Assembly: GCA_041662665.1 (NCBI GenBank)
Contig: JBAZSC010000001.1
Coordinates: 129,511 to 193,510 of the forward strand
Length of the DNA: 64,000 nt
Direction of reading: 5' to 3'
Origin: Patescibacteria group bacterium
GTDB taxonomy: Bacteria; Patescibacteriota; JABMPQ01; JAQVVF01
Shown: piece after piece, positions 9,222-20,700 of the stretch
Numbering within the stretch: position 1 is the first letter of the stretch
How the letters are laid out: every line of letters begins with the position of its first letter
Made by a program: the position numbers and the translations under genes
Notes under the pieces: model-generated
Told to the model about the DNA's origin: nothing
What the model saw: only the letters and a program-made list of their open reading frames with translations
The model's database searches: none

Positions 9222-10376
9222 ATGCCAGACGTATTTAAAGAAGTGAGCCATCAAGGCTATGGATCAAGAGTCATGGGATCATTTGGTGGAATTTTAATCG
9301 GAATTATTTTATTCTTTGCCTCATTTATTGTCCTTTATTGGAATGAAGGAAGGGTAGATATTTCTCAAATTGCCAAAAAATCAGTTGAAGTCCAATCTAG
9401 CAAAGTTGATGCAAGTTTAGATCAAAAATTAATTTCAGTTACTGGTCCAATTACTTCTTCAGAAAAATTAAGCGACAAATTATTTTTAAATGAATCAGAT
9501 TACATTGCAATTTATCGAAAATCTGAAATGTATGCGTGGACCGAAAAAACAGATACAGACACAACAACCCAAACAGGCGGATCACAGACAACTGAAACAA
9601 CTTATACCTATGACACTGCTTGGACTTCAAGTCCAGAAAAATCTTCTAGCTTTAAACATCCAGAAGGCCATCAAAATCCAAACCAATCAATAACAAGTGA
9701 AACTTTCAAAGTTAATAATTCTAATTTAGAAGAATATAAATTAGACATGGCAAATTTAAAACTTGATACAAGTTTATTAGTTAGCGCCAAAAAATTGCAA
9801 TTAGATTCAGAAAATACAACTTTAACTGAAGCAAACAAAATAGTTGAAAATTATTATGTTTATCAGGGAGCTGGAAATATTTCTAATCCTCAAGTTGGCG
9901 ATCAAAAAATCAGCTATTATGTTTTACCGCAAAAAGAAATAATTACAGTATTTGGAAAATTAGACAGCGGAAAAATTACAACTTTCACTGATGAAAAAGA
10001 TAACACTTTATTCCGCATCTTTTTAGGCGATAGAGCAACTGCAATTTCCACAATGAAAACAGAATATACAGTCATGACTTGGATTTTAAGACTAGTTGGC
10101 TTCTTGATGATGTGGATCGGTCTATCAGCAATGTTTGGTCCAATCAGTGTTGTCTTAGATTTCTTGCCATTCTTAGGATCTGCTAGTCGAGGAATTATTG
10201 GCTTTATTACATTTATCGTTGCCTTAGCTTTATCAGTTTTGACAATTTTAATTTCCATGATCATTCATAATATTGTCGCCTTAATTATAATTTTAGCAAT
10301 TATCGTAATTTCTGCTATTATCATTACTGCAATATTTATGAAAAAGAAAAAAGGTGCAAAACCAGCAAGCGCATAA
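9222..10376 (+). CDS. TMEM43 (DUF1625) family membrane protein
   Basis: LYWNEGR, RKSEMYAWTE, EGHQNP, PQVGD, TWILRLVGFLMMWIG. Confidence 0.85.
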   Translation: MPDVFKEVSHQGYGSRVMGSFGGILIGIILFFASFIVLYWNEGRVDISQIAKKSVEVQSSKVDASLDQKLISVTGPITSSEKLSDKLFLNESDYIAIYRKSEMYAWTEKTDTDTTTQTGGSQTTETTYTYDTAWTSSPEKSSSFKHPEGHQNPNQSITSETFKVNNSNLEEYKLDMANLKLDTSLLVSAKKLQLDSENTTLTEANKIVENYYVYQGAGNISNPQVGDQKISYYVLPQKEIITVFGKLDSGKITTFTDEKDNTLFRIFLGDRATAISTMKTEYTVMTWILRLVGFLMMWIGLSAMFGPISVVLDFLPFLGSASRGIIGFITFIVALALSVLTILISMIIHNIVALIIILAIIVISAIIITAIFMKKKKGAKPASA

Positions 10377-10488
10377 TAATCAATAAATTTTAACGAATTT
10401 TAAAACGGCCAGAAATGGTCGTTTTAATTTAATTAAAATTTTAAGCTACAAAAAAAATCCGTCAAAACGGATTACAAAGTACAAATAA

Positions 10489-10722
10489 TCAATGTGTTTT
10501 AGCGCGAATGAGTTTCGGATCAAAAGTGATTTCATCTTGACGCACATCATGATTGACATCGCCACTTGGCAAACGAACAGCATAATGCTTTTCGCGATTA
10601 GCATCCATCCAATCACTGACAATAGTCACAATCTTGCCAGCATACAAACCAACAATAGCATTACCAGACAATTCTCGATCAAGAAAGCGATCAAATGATT
10701 CAGGAATCAGGTGTCCACACAT
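10489..10722 (-). CDS. Small orphan protein
   Basis: AAGGAGG RBS, TTGACT promoter near 10799, downstream hairpin 10452-10472. Confidence 0.6.
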   Translation of the reverse strand: MCGHLIPESFDRFLDRELSGNAIVGLYAGKIVTIVSDWMDANREKHYAVRLPSGDVNHDVRQDEITFDPKLIRAKTH

Positions 10723-10800
10723 TTCCTTTTCCTCCTTCTTCTTGGTCCTCTCGCTCGATACCTTATCAAGACTATAACACTAAAAACTAATAAGTCAAGA

Positions 10801-13404
10801 TTATTTTTTTTGTCTCAAATCAATCACATCAGCTCTATCATTAACATCTTTTGCAGGATTTGGTTTAACAACATTTTGTTCTTTTTTGACAGTTTCTTTA
10901 ACCTTTTTATGAATCTCTTTTTTCAATCCAGAAAATATAAAAATATTAATAATCACAATACTAAACATTACAAGATATGGCACAGCTTCAGTTGAAATCA
11001 ACCTCTTGCCAAAAATCATGCTTGCTGCTTTTATTTTTTCATGTGATTTATTAAAATTATCATTTAATCTTTGCCAAAGACTATTTGCTTTTGGCATCAC
11101 TTCAATTTCTTTTGTTCTAGCGCTTTCATTACCACTTAAATCAACAGCCGAAATTGATACAAAATATTTATAATTATTTTCCAAATTTTCTAATATATAA
11201 ACATTTTTTTCAGGCTTTATTTCAATTGCATTATAAAAACTTTTTTCTTGTTTGTAATATAATTTATAAAAAGCTAAATCTTTTTCGCTATTTTTTGTCC
11301 AGCTTATTTCAATTTTTGCATCGCTAGATAAAATAATAGGTTCGCTTGGAATTTTTGGCGGAATTGTATCAATTGTATTTGTTGAAACTGCATTAGAAAT
11401 TAATGACGGATTTTTTTCTTCATCAACTGCTTTTATTGCAAAATAATATTTAGTTCCAGGAGTTAAGGATTTTAATTGTATTTCTTGCAATGATGGAGGA
11501 ATTAAGGGTTCAGGATATAATTTGTATTGTGTTGCAGAATAAAAACTATCTTCATCAATTAAATTTTCAGAATATCTAATATCATAATAATTTGCCAAAC
11601 CTTGATCATAATCATCGCCAGAAGCAGTCCATTCTAGATTGATTGTTGTATCAGTTGGATTCAAAGCTTTCAAATCTTTTATTGTATTAGGAAATGAATA
11701 ATCATTTGGTGTTGCCACAACTTGCGGTTCTAAATTTTCTTCATCAACATCATCATTGATCAGAGCATCCCAAGTCAATGGCAAAATAGTTATATAATAT
11801 TCTTCATTATTTTCTAAATTTGGAATCAGCATTTCTGTTTTTCCAAAAACGCTCAAAAATCTTTGCTCTCCGCCTTGTTTTTTGAATAAAACTTTATAGC
11901 CTTTAAAATCTTTATTAATCGGCGCTTCCCAAGATAAATTTATTTCTGAATCTTTTGGCTCAACATTAATATTATAAACTGAATCAACTTCTAATCGTTT
12001 AATATTTTTTAGCGGCGTAAAATTTCCTTGATCTTCATTTCCTAATCTCCAAATTGCAACTCCGGCAATTCCCAATTTTTTAATCACATTTATTTTTTCA
12101 GTAATGCTTCTTTCATTTTCAAAATAAACAGTATGCGGATTGTCTTTGTCATCTGTGTAATAAAACCAAGGGCATTTTGCATCATCATCCCATTCTATTT
12201 CAATATTATTTTCATCTAAAATATTTTTTACTCCATCATAAACCAAGCCTCTATTTTCGCACATTCCTTCAGTGCACCAGTCATAAGCATAAAAAGGCAA
12301 ACCAGCAATTATCTTTGTAGAATCAACTTTGCTTTGCGCATAAGTCAAAGCCCTAACCATCCATTTGATCGGCGCAATAGGTCCAGGTTGAGTATTCGCT
12401 CTGGCATGATCATAAGTCATAATCCTAATTTGATCAGCATTTTTGCCTAATTCTTCAAAGTCATAGGCTTGCGTCCAAGATTCATCATCAGATTGTTTTG
12501 CTTGCAAAGTTACTGATAAAATTTTGTTAATTTGATGCAATTCTTTTGCCAAGACTTTAATATATTGGCTAAAATCTTCTCTTGCTTTGTTATCTAAATT
12601 TTCATAATCAATATCAATGCCATCGTAATTATTTTCTTTAACTTCCGAAATTATCATCTCAATATTCTTTTTTCTTTTTCGCCAATCCATTACAACATTT
12701 GTACCTTTGGAATTATCATCAAAATTATTCGTAATTGTTGGAATATTTTTTTTGCCTGAATCATTTAATTTATTTATCAAATCATCATCCAAAACATCGC
12801 CATGTTTTTTTATCGTTCCATCTGGTTCAAGAGAATAAATAAAAGGCGATAGAGAAGTGAAGACTTCAAAATTATTATTAACTGTATTTTTTTGATCTGG
12901 CACATCAATTAATGGCATCCAGCCAATGACTTCAAATCCACTGTTTTCAGAACTATTTGGCGCAATTCCAATTTCTTTTGTTGCCTTGCTTTTATTTCCT
13001 GACCGATCAATTGCTTCTATGCTTACAAAATAAAATGCATTTGTTAAATCCTTAATTTGATAAGATGTTACATCAGGATTTACAGCAACAGGATCGCTGT
13101 CTTGTTTTTCTACTGAAGTTCTTAGATTAATTAAATATTTATCAACCTCATCTTCTTTGACATTTTGTTTCCAATTTAATTCCAAAGTATTGTCCAAAGC
13201 TTTGACACTAAATCCTTGTGGAATATGGGGCGGGTTCGTGTCATTCTTATTTGCAGAACCTAAATCAGCAGTATTAGAGTTTTTATTCGTCGTATTAGAG
13301 CTAGTATTAGAGAAAGCATTAGTCTGCAACACGAAAAAGACCTGAAATATCATTAGGACTAATACAAAACTGCAGATTATTTTTTGGTTTTTGAATTTTT
13401 TCAT
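10801..13404 (-). CDS. Membrane-anchored glycoside hydrolase family 18 protein with fibronectin type III domains
   Basis: YDGIDIDYE (DxxDxDxE), IMTYD, GVAIWRLG; repeated FN3 motifs (L.W...Y...AVD.SGNES); signal peptide and C-terminal TM. Confidence 0.85.
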   Translation of the reverse strand: MKKFKNQKIICSFVLVLMIFQVFFVLQTNAFSNTSSNTTNKNSNTADLGSANKNDTNPPHIPQGFSVKALDNTLELNWKQNVKEDEVDKYLINLRTSVEKQDSDPVAVNPDVTSYQIKDLTNAFYFVSIEAIDRSGNKSKATKEIGIAPNSSENSGFEVIGWMPLIDVPDQKNTVNNNFEVFTSLSPFIYSLEPDGTIKKHGDVLDDDLINKLNDSGKKNIPTITNNFDDNSKGTNVVMDWRKRKKNIEMIISEVKENNYDGIDIDYENLDNKAREDFSQYIKVLAKELHQINKILSVTLQAKQSDDESWTQAYDFEELGKNADQIRIMTYDHARANTQPGPIAPIKWMVRALTYAQSKVDSTKIIAGLPFYAYDWCTEGMCENRGLVYDGVKNILDENNIEIEWDDDAKCPWFYYTDDKDNPHTVYFENERSITEKINVIKKLGIAGVAIWRLGNEDQGNFTPLKNIKRLEVDSVYNINVEPKDSEINLSWEAPINKDFKGYKVLFKKQGGEQRFLSVFGKTEMLIPNLENNEEYYITILPLTWDALINDDVDEENLEPQVVATPNDYSFPNTIKDLKALNPTDTTINLEWTASGDDYDQGLANYYDIRYSENLIDEDSFYSATQYKLYPEPLIPPSLQEIQLKSLTPGTKYYFAIKAVDEEKNPSLISNAVSTNTIDTIPPKIPSEPIILSSDAKIEISWTKNSEKDLAFYKLYYKQEKSFYNAIEIKPEKNVYILENLENNYKYFVSISAVDLSGNESARTKEIEVMPKANSLWQRLNDNFNKSHEKIKAASMIFGKRLISTEAVPYLVMFSIVIINIFIFSGLKKEIHKKVKETVKKEQNVVKPNPAKDVNDRADVIDLRQKK

Positions 13405-13588
13405 CTGCAATCTTAGTATAGCAGAAAACAGAAAATAGAAAAAGTTATCATTTAAAGTTAATAGTCAATTGTTAATTGTTAAATGTTAGAAAACAAGTTA
13501 TCAACTGTTCAAGTAATTGTTCAAATTAACATTTTTTGCTATACTATACTTAATTAGAAATATTTATAAAAACAAAAAACAATTTATC

Positions 13589-14347
13589 ATGAAAAACTTT
13601 AAACCATTAGGGGAAATTTTTAGTTCAGCTTGGAAACAATTTGAAAAAAATTGGGGTAATTATGTTGGTCTATCAGCAATTTTCACTGTTGCTCAATTTG
13701 TGATTATTTTTGTCGTTGTTTTTTCAATGGTCTTCTTGCAACTAGCCGGTATTTTCGGAAGTATTCCATTAATGATCAATCAAGATTCAACAACAGCTGG
13801 TTTTGGCGGAATGATAATGATCATAACAGTTATCACAACATCTCTGCTCTTATTCATTGCTGTCTTCGGCCTAAGTTTTCTTATCAATGCTTGGTTGATG
13901 AGAACAATGATTACCCTTATTGCTAAAAAACAATCTGGCAGTTTAGATTTTGTTCAATTCATTAAATCTTGCTGGCCAAAAGTTTGGCGAGTATTTTTTG
14001 CTATGATTTTAATGATGCTAATTATTTTTGTAGGTTTCATTTGTTTTATTATTCCAGGTATTATTTTTGGTCTCTGGCTTTCTCAAGTCTTATTCCTAAT
14101 AATTTTAGAAGATTTATCAATTAGCGATGCCTTCAAAAAATCTAAAGAATTAGTTTCAGGCCACATAGGTACAGTCTTTCTCTATAATTTCGTTTTTATG
14201 TTAGTAATGGAAGTTGGGCTAATGGCAATTAATATAATCCCATTTTTAGGAACTTTAGCCATGCCTGTATTGAGCATTGTCATGATTCCTTTAATGACAA
14301 TTTTTCAATATCATATATTTTTAGAACTTAAAAAACTTAATGGTTAA
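13589..14347 (+). CDS. Multi-pass membrane protein (DUF975/glycerophosphodiester phosphodiesterase membrane-domain-like)
   Basis: FIIPGIIFGLW...AFKKSKELVSGH pattern. Confidence 0.65.
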   Translation: MKNFKPLGEIFSSAWKQFEKNWGNYVGLSAIFTVAQFVIIFVVVFSMVFLQLAGIFGSIPLMINQDSTTAGFGGMIMIITVITTSLLLFIAVFGLSFLINAWLMRTMITLIAKKQSGSLDFVQFIKSCWPKVWRVFFAMILMMLIIFVGFICFIIPGIIFGLWLSQVLFLIILEDLSISDAFKKSKELVSGHIGTVFLYNFVFMLVMEVGLMAINIIPFLGTLAMPVLSIVMIPLMTIFQYHIFLELKKLNG

Positions 14348-14440
14348 ATTGCTGAACTGTTAAATTGTTAACTGCCAAATTGTTTAACCATTAAGCAATT
14401 TAGCAATCGAACAATTTAGCAATTAAGCAATTTAGCAATA
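14344..14440. repeat. Periodic imperfect palindrome (8-mer TAAATTGC/GCAATTTA)
   Basis: taaattgctgaactgttaaattgtt...agcaatttagcaatcgaacaatttagcaatt. Confidence 0.75.
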
Positions 14441-14458
14441 ATTAATTTAATTTAAAAT

Positions 14459-17400
14459 ATGCCTCAAACGCAAAAAACTGAAGTAAAAACAAGAAGTCGA
14501 ACCAGTCAAATTACTGGTGTCGTTGCAGCTGTTGTTGCAGCAATTGGTATCGGCGCCCTTATCTATTTTGCCGTTGTCAACTACAACACAAAAATAACAA
14601 CACAAACAGAATTTTCTGTTTTTGAACAAGAGTATCAGCCAAATGTTGAGCCAGTTTCTGCAATTGTAACTGATCAAAATCAACTCGCTGATGCACAAAC
14701 AAAATTGGATGCAATTAAAGGTGTTGTTACTCCTGTAATTGAACAACAAGCTCAAGATACCGGCACAACTCCTGGACAGATAATTGATGTTACCCAAAAA
14801 GATGCAATGATTGAATCTCTTTCTGACCAAGTTGTTTCCGAAACCGCAACAGAAATTAAAGATGAAGTTAACATTTTAATCGGCAAAGACGAGCTCGATT
14901 TTTCTCAAGCACAGGCTGCTGAAGATTATACGATGATAAAAGTATTTGGTGATCTGACTAACGCAACAGGCGGTACAGATACAACTAGTTCAGGTGTAAC
15001 CTTAACAGATGCTCAAAAGAATACACTTGATACAATTGCTGAAAATACTTCAACTGATACAACTCAAAAAATTACGGAAGGTTCTACAAAAATTGCTCGA
15101 GAAACTAGTGGCAATGAAAGTGAAATCAATAGCGAACTTACTGCTGAAGTTATCAGTATTTTTGGACAGGCAACTGATTTCACGCTTACTGGAACAAAAG
15201 ATGAATTTGCTGCAGCAGAAGCTCCAGCACCAAACGAAGTAACTCCAGATATCTGGTTTTGTAATTCTGAAAATAATTGTCAGCAATCAGAATATGCTAC
15301 TTTAGATAAATGTAAACTAGAAAAAGGCATAGACAAATGTTTTGAAGGCAACACTTGCGGTGATTGCAAACAAGCAGCTCCAGTAGATGAAAGAGTCCAT
15401 ACTTGCTCTCCTGATAATATTTGTATGCCATCAACTTTGTATCCTACTTTAGCGGATTGTGTGACAGCTATAGGTGCTGACAAATGTTTTGAAGGCAATA
15501 CTTGTGTTTGTCAAGCTACACCAGCAAATGAACCAGCTGCCAGTCAATTTCAATTATATTTTTGTTTAAATGGAAATTGGACATCTGATAGTTTTGGAGG
15601 TAACTCTATAGATGAAGCAAAACAAGTTTGTAGTACTGCCATAGGCAACCAATGCTTTATTGATTCAAGTGATCCAGGTCATGATGCCGCAAAAGAAGCT
15701 TGCAAGCCAGCAGTTGATGAGCCAGTAATCGATGAATCAGCATTTTGTGTTGATAATGCCTGTGTACCTGGCCCAATTAATGTAAAGTGTACTCCTCCAA
15801 ATTGCCCTGAACGTTTTGATAATATGGAAGCATGCAATCTTTCAGATTGCGAGCCAAAGCAAGAATATGTATACTGTGCAGAAACTGGTTGTTTAGCTGA
15901 AAGTTTTAGCAGTCAAGGCGAATGTGAAGCACAGCATATCGGCGCTAATTGCAAATTATCAACACCTGAATCTATACAAGAGTGTAGTGATGCTTGCATC
16001 AAGATGGAGCAAGATCAACAATATTACACTTGCGATAGAGACGTAAATCAATGCAAGGCAGTTCAAAATCTTGATGAATGTGAAGTTAATGGCGGTACCA
16101 AATATTGCACAACGAATAATGATTGTTGCAAAGCAAATGTAATTCCAGTTCAAAAACAATATTACTATTGCGATAAAAATGATAAAACTAATGGTTGTAA
16201 ACAAACAGAACTACTTGACTCCTTAGAAGCCTGTCAAAATGCGCATCCAGATGGTGGCTGTATAGCTGATGTTAAAAAAGCTATTTGCGATGAAACATGC
16301 AAGCCCGATCCAGTTTTAGATGTAATTGAAGACGAATGTCATAATAATTTGCCAAATGATCCTAAATGCTCATTGCAAGTAATTGACAAAATAGAAAATA
16401 AACCAACAGGTGAAATTACAGAATACAAATTATCAGTCACATCTTCAATTATTTATCGAGGTTTAGGCAGAGTTATTATGAAATTCTGGGCCAATCCAAA
16501 CGATCCAGTTAACTTTGAATATACAAAGCAAAAATTAGCTAATGATTTTAAAGACAATAAATTAAGAGTCAGATTTGGCGATAAAAAAGAAGATTTGTCT
16601 GATGTCCTAAAAGTTTACAAAGATCCAAGAAATCCAAACAAATATTATGCTATTGCTTATAAATTAAATATTGATAATCTTTGGCAAAATGATGATGGAA
16701 AATATAATAGCAAAAAATATTTTTATCAAGTCAATGCCGACAATAAAAAATCAGATTTCTTTGATTTCCAATCTTTGCAAAGAGGCGGAGAAGTTCTTTA
16801 TGTCAAAAACAGATTATATAATGGACATTATGATTTAAAAAAATATGGAACTATTGAATTAAATCTAAAAAATAGTGGACAACTTGCCGGCAATATAAAA
16901 ACCTTGAACAACAAATTGAAAAATTTCGAAAATGGCGGTGTTAATTTCTGGACGCAAACTTCAAAAGTTTCTCCTTATGGCTTGAGAACTGCAATGGCTG
17001 GAGATCAAAGATTCAAACAATATTTTAGCATTTTGAAAAATCTGCAAAAGAAAAATGATATTACAAAAGCTGTTCAAGTTCTTTACAATTATCATGATCG
17101 TCTAAAACCTGAAGATATTTATCGTCGTTATGATCAAGGCGGTGTTAATTATTGGGTTAAGCAAGTTAACAATGATAAATTGTCGTTCAGCAGTATGGTT
17201 ACTTATGTCATGCTAGGTACAGATGAGCCAAAAACAAATCTTACACAATTCTGGGGCACAGGAAAATTAGCTACTAGAAAAGCAGAAATCGAATTAGGCT
17301 TTGTTAAATCTTTAAGCCGAGGCATTACTCAAATGTCAGATATTGATCGATTCATGAATTCTTCCAAATATATTTCTTCTGCAAGCATTAGAGCAGATTT

Positions 17401-17653
17401 AAGAAATTCAGATGAATTCAGAAGATTGTTGAATGATGTTTATAAACGTGGTGAAGCATCTGACGCCATATCATTGTTATATATTGCTGATTTAGGAAGA
17501 CCAGTTGATCCAGATGGCCAGCCATTCTATGTCAACAAATTTAATCAACTTAGAAAAGATGGTCTAAACGCTACAGATGCTTTGAATGAAATTGATAAAG
17601 AATTAACGAGTAGTAAAGAATACAAAGATGCAATTGCAAGACCAATAAAGTAA
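14459..17653 (+). CDS. Large Cys-rich surface protein with DUF4214/S-layer-like C terminus
   Basis: N-terminal TM; repeated Cys modules (DKCFEGNTC twice); LGRPVDPDGQPFYV and SSKEY motifs. Confidence 0.7.
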   Translation: MPQTQKTEVKTRSRTSQITGVVAAVVAAIGIGALIYFAVVNYNTKITTQTEFSVFEQEYQPNVEPVSAIVTDQNQLADAQTKLDAIKGVVTPVIEQQAQDTGTTPGQIIDVTQKDAMIESLSDQVVSETATEIKDEVNILIGKDELDFSQAQAAEDYTMIKVFGDLTNATGGTDTTSSGVTLTDAQKNTLDTIAENTSTDTTQKITEGSTKIARETSGNESEINSELTAEVISIFGQATDFTLTGTKDEFAAAEAPAPNEVTPDIWFCNSENNCQQSEYATLDKCKLEKGIDKCFEGNTCGDCKQAAPVDERVHTCSPDNICMPSTLYPTLADCVTAIGADKCFEGNTCVCQATPANEPAASQFQLYFCLNGNWTSDSFGGNSIDEAKQVCSTAIGNQCFIDSSDPGHDAAKEACKPAVDEPVIDESAFCVDNACVPGPINVKCTPPNCPERFDNMEACNLSDCEPKQEYVYCAETGCLAESFSSQGECEAQHIGANCKLSTPESIQECSDACIKMEQDQQYYTCDRDVNQCKAVQNLDECEVNGGTKYCTTNNDCCKANVIPVQKQYYYCDKNDKTNGCKQTELLDSLEACQNAHPDGGCIADVKKAICDETCKPDPVLDVIEDECHNNLPNDPKCSLQVIDKIENKPTGEITEYKLSVTSSIIYRGLGRVIMKFWANPNDPVNFEYTKQKLANDFKDNKLRVRFGDKKEDLSDVLKVYKDPRNPNKYYAIAYKLNIDNLWQNDDGKYNSKKYFYQVNADNKKSDFFDFQSLQRGGEVLYVKNRLYNGHYDLKKYGTIELNLKNSGQLAGNIKTLNNKLKNFENGGVNFWTQTSKVSPYGLRTAMAGDQRFKQYFSILKNLQKKNDITKAVQVLYNYHDRLKPEDIYRRYDQGGVNYWVKQVNNDKLSFSSMVTYVMLGTDEPKTNLTQFWGTGKLATRKAEIELGFVKSLSRGITQMSDIDRFMNSSKYISSASIRADLRNSDEFRRLLNDVYKRGEASDAISLLYIADLGRPVDPDGQPFYVNKFNQLRKDGLNATDALNEIDKELTSSKEYKDAIARPIK

Positions 17654-17660
17654 ATTATAA

Positions 17661-17690
17661 AAAAGGCGAGATCGAAAAAGATCTCGCCTT
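17661..17690 (+). terminator. Hairpin, probable terminator
   Basis: aaggcgagatc-gaaaaa-gatctcgcctt. Confidence 0.65.
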
Positions 17691-17704
17691 AATATTCCAA
17701 TTAT

Positions 17705-20700
17705 ATGGAGGCAAAAAACAAATTTTATAGATTAATTGGGATTATAATTATTTTTTTAAGCATTGGAGCAATCGCTTATCTTTCATTTTCTAATTATTTT
17801 GGAAAAACTAAAATTAATAATTTTGGTGAAGATTATCCAGTTGATGAAATAAAAGATGCCAATGAAGAAAAACTCGAAGAACTAGTAGTATCTGCCCAAA
17901 AAACATTAGACCAGCAGATTAAAAATCAAGCGCCAGATACTTCAAAATCAGATCAAGAGATGATCCGAGAGCAAATTATCAATAAAATTTATAGTGAGAA
18001 TGTTAATGCTGAAGTTTTAGCACAAGAAAAAAATATTGCTCAATCCATATCTAATCAGTCAATTGCTCAGCTTAATAGCGAGATTGCTAGTGGAGGAAAC
18101 GATAATAATCAAAATTTAAATAGTAAAATTTTAGATTTAGCTGACAAGCTTTTTATTAAACAAAAAGCTAAAAAAACAGCTCAAGAAACTGTTAACGAGA
18201 TCAATGATGAAGTTACATCAGCAATTAATAATAGCAATTTAGATAGTCGTAAGCAAAGCAGCAGTGCAGTTAATATTATGCATGCAATAATTTTTGATGA
18301 TCCAAACCTTGCTTTTTCAAATGCCAGCAATAGCAAAGAAAAAAGAGCTTTGCAAGATATCTACAAAAATGCTTTGAATGATTCAAATAATAAAATTGAT
18401 AATAATCTATTAACTTTGAATAACCAGAATAACAAAGATGAATTTAATTATCAATTTAAAGAAAGCTTGAAACAAGTAGTTACAGTCGTCAAGCAAGATA
18501 CAAAAGTTAGGATGTCCAGTGCGCTTAGTGATAATGCTAAAAAAACAATTGCTGATCAAGTAGTTGCTGATTCCAATCCGAATAATTCTGCTGATCAAAT
18601 AATTGATTGCGCAAACAATGCAAATATTGAACAATGTTTAACAAAAGGCAATCAAAAACCAATTGCCGAACAAGTTAAACAAGTAGAACAAGTGACCCAA
18701 ACCATCAATAATACTTATGATAATCTTGATAATGAAAACGGTAAGATAATGAATCAAGAAGATAAACAAGAAATTATTGATACAACAATCAAAAAAACAA
18801 AAGAAGAAATAAAAAATCAACCGCTTGTTGAATATATTTGTACTTGCAAAGCGCCAGAAAATGTTTGCCAGTCAACTGGAAAAAATTATACTGACAAAGA
18901 TCAATGCGCAAATGAACAAGGAGGAGAATGTTTCGAGAGCTTAGATGCCTGTTATGGTTATTGCAAGCAACCAGCAACAGTAGAAGAAGAAACTGTTGCT
19001 ACTTGCACAAAACTAATCATATGTCACATTCCATCAGACAATCCAGAAAATCAGCAAGAGATTTGTGTTGCAGAATCAGCAGCCAAAGCGCATTATGCTC
19101 ATGGTGATTATGAAGGCTATTGTAAGACAGCCCCAACTAACGAGCCAGTCAATGAAAATACGAATACATCAAATGAAACTAATGAAAATATTAATACCAA
19201 CACAAATGAAATAGCTAATGAAAATGCAAATCAGCCTTTGAATGAGAATACGAATATTAATGAATCAACAAATCAAGTAGCTAATGAAAATACGAATATC
19301 AACATTAACACAAATCAAAACGTTAATGTCAACGAAAATACAAACGTTGTTACTAATGCAAACCAGAATACTAATCAATCGACAGGAGGAGGAATAGATG
19401 TTCCTAATGTCCCTCCGACAGACAATCCAGACCCAAATCAAAAACCACCTCTTGATATCCAGCCAGTAGAAAATGGAAATTTTTTTGCTTATTGTGATCG
19501 TGAAGTTGGACAATGCAGGACAGCAGAAAATATGTTTAAGGATGAAAATTCTTGTCTTTCTTCATTACAAAGTCAATTTCCTAACAAAAATATTACTGCC
19601 TGCATTCCTTTCGATTCAACCACACAATCTTATCCATGTTTAGAAAGTTGTACTAAAACAACTCCAGAAAATCAACAAATAAATGATTTAGAGAAAAGCT
19701 TGCATGATTATGTTGTCGAAAATCCAGTTTTTCTAAAAGAAGAAATTAATAAAATAAAAGAAGACATCACTGAAAAGACAATCAGAGTCTTTAATGAAAA
19801 GGTAAAACCTACCCCAATAGATCAGCAAAAACAAGATCAGATAGTCAACGATCTTAAAAATGAAATAAACCAACAAATTCAAGCCTTGCCAGAAAATGCA
19901 AGACCAAGCTACGAAGAAGTAATTGACAAATTAGCTCATAATGAATCTGATGAAATTTCACTTAAGGCTTGGATAGTTTACAAGGGGTTAGGTAGAGTAA
20001 TCTTGAAATTTGAAGAAAATGAATTTGATGTTTATAAAAAACTATATAGTGAGAATGTAATCAAATCAGCTTTTGACGCCGGAAATCTAAAATTTAAATT
20101 TGGTGAAAAAGCAGATGATCTAAAGTATGACTTCAAAATTTATAAGGACCAGAAAAGCGATCGTTTTTATGCTGTTGTCTATAATTTAGGTGAGGATAAT
20201 TTGGTGAATAAAGATAATGATCAATATGGTTCAAAAGAATATTATTTTCAAGTTGCTACAGATGAAAAGTTTTCTGAAATTTTCACTTTTAAATCTTTAA
20301 ATAGGGTTGGCGAGGCTTTGTATGATCAAAATAAATTATTTGGACAGAACCATGATTTAAAACGCTACGGCACTATTGCTTATGATTTCAACAAAGGCAG
20401 TCAAGAAAATAATTATATTAAAAAATCTGGCTTATCGTCCTACATTGATTCAAATGCAAGTCCTTATGGTCTAAAAACTGCCATGGCCAAAAGCCCAAAT
20501 TTCATAAACGCGTTAAAAAAAATCAATAACATTGATTCAATCAAAAAAGTCTATACAGGGTATGTTGATCTATTAATTCCTCAAGATATTTATTACCAAT
20601 ATAGCGAACCAACTGTAAAATATTGGGCAAACACTATTGCAAAAAAAGATCTCAATTTTAATTCTGTGGTACAAAATTTATTTTTCACTACCAAAGAGCA

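Noticed and set aside
19140-19380. AAT/AAC-rich quasi-repeat
   Set aside because: Explained by an Asn/Thr/Glu low-complexity protein linker
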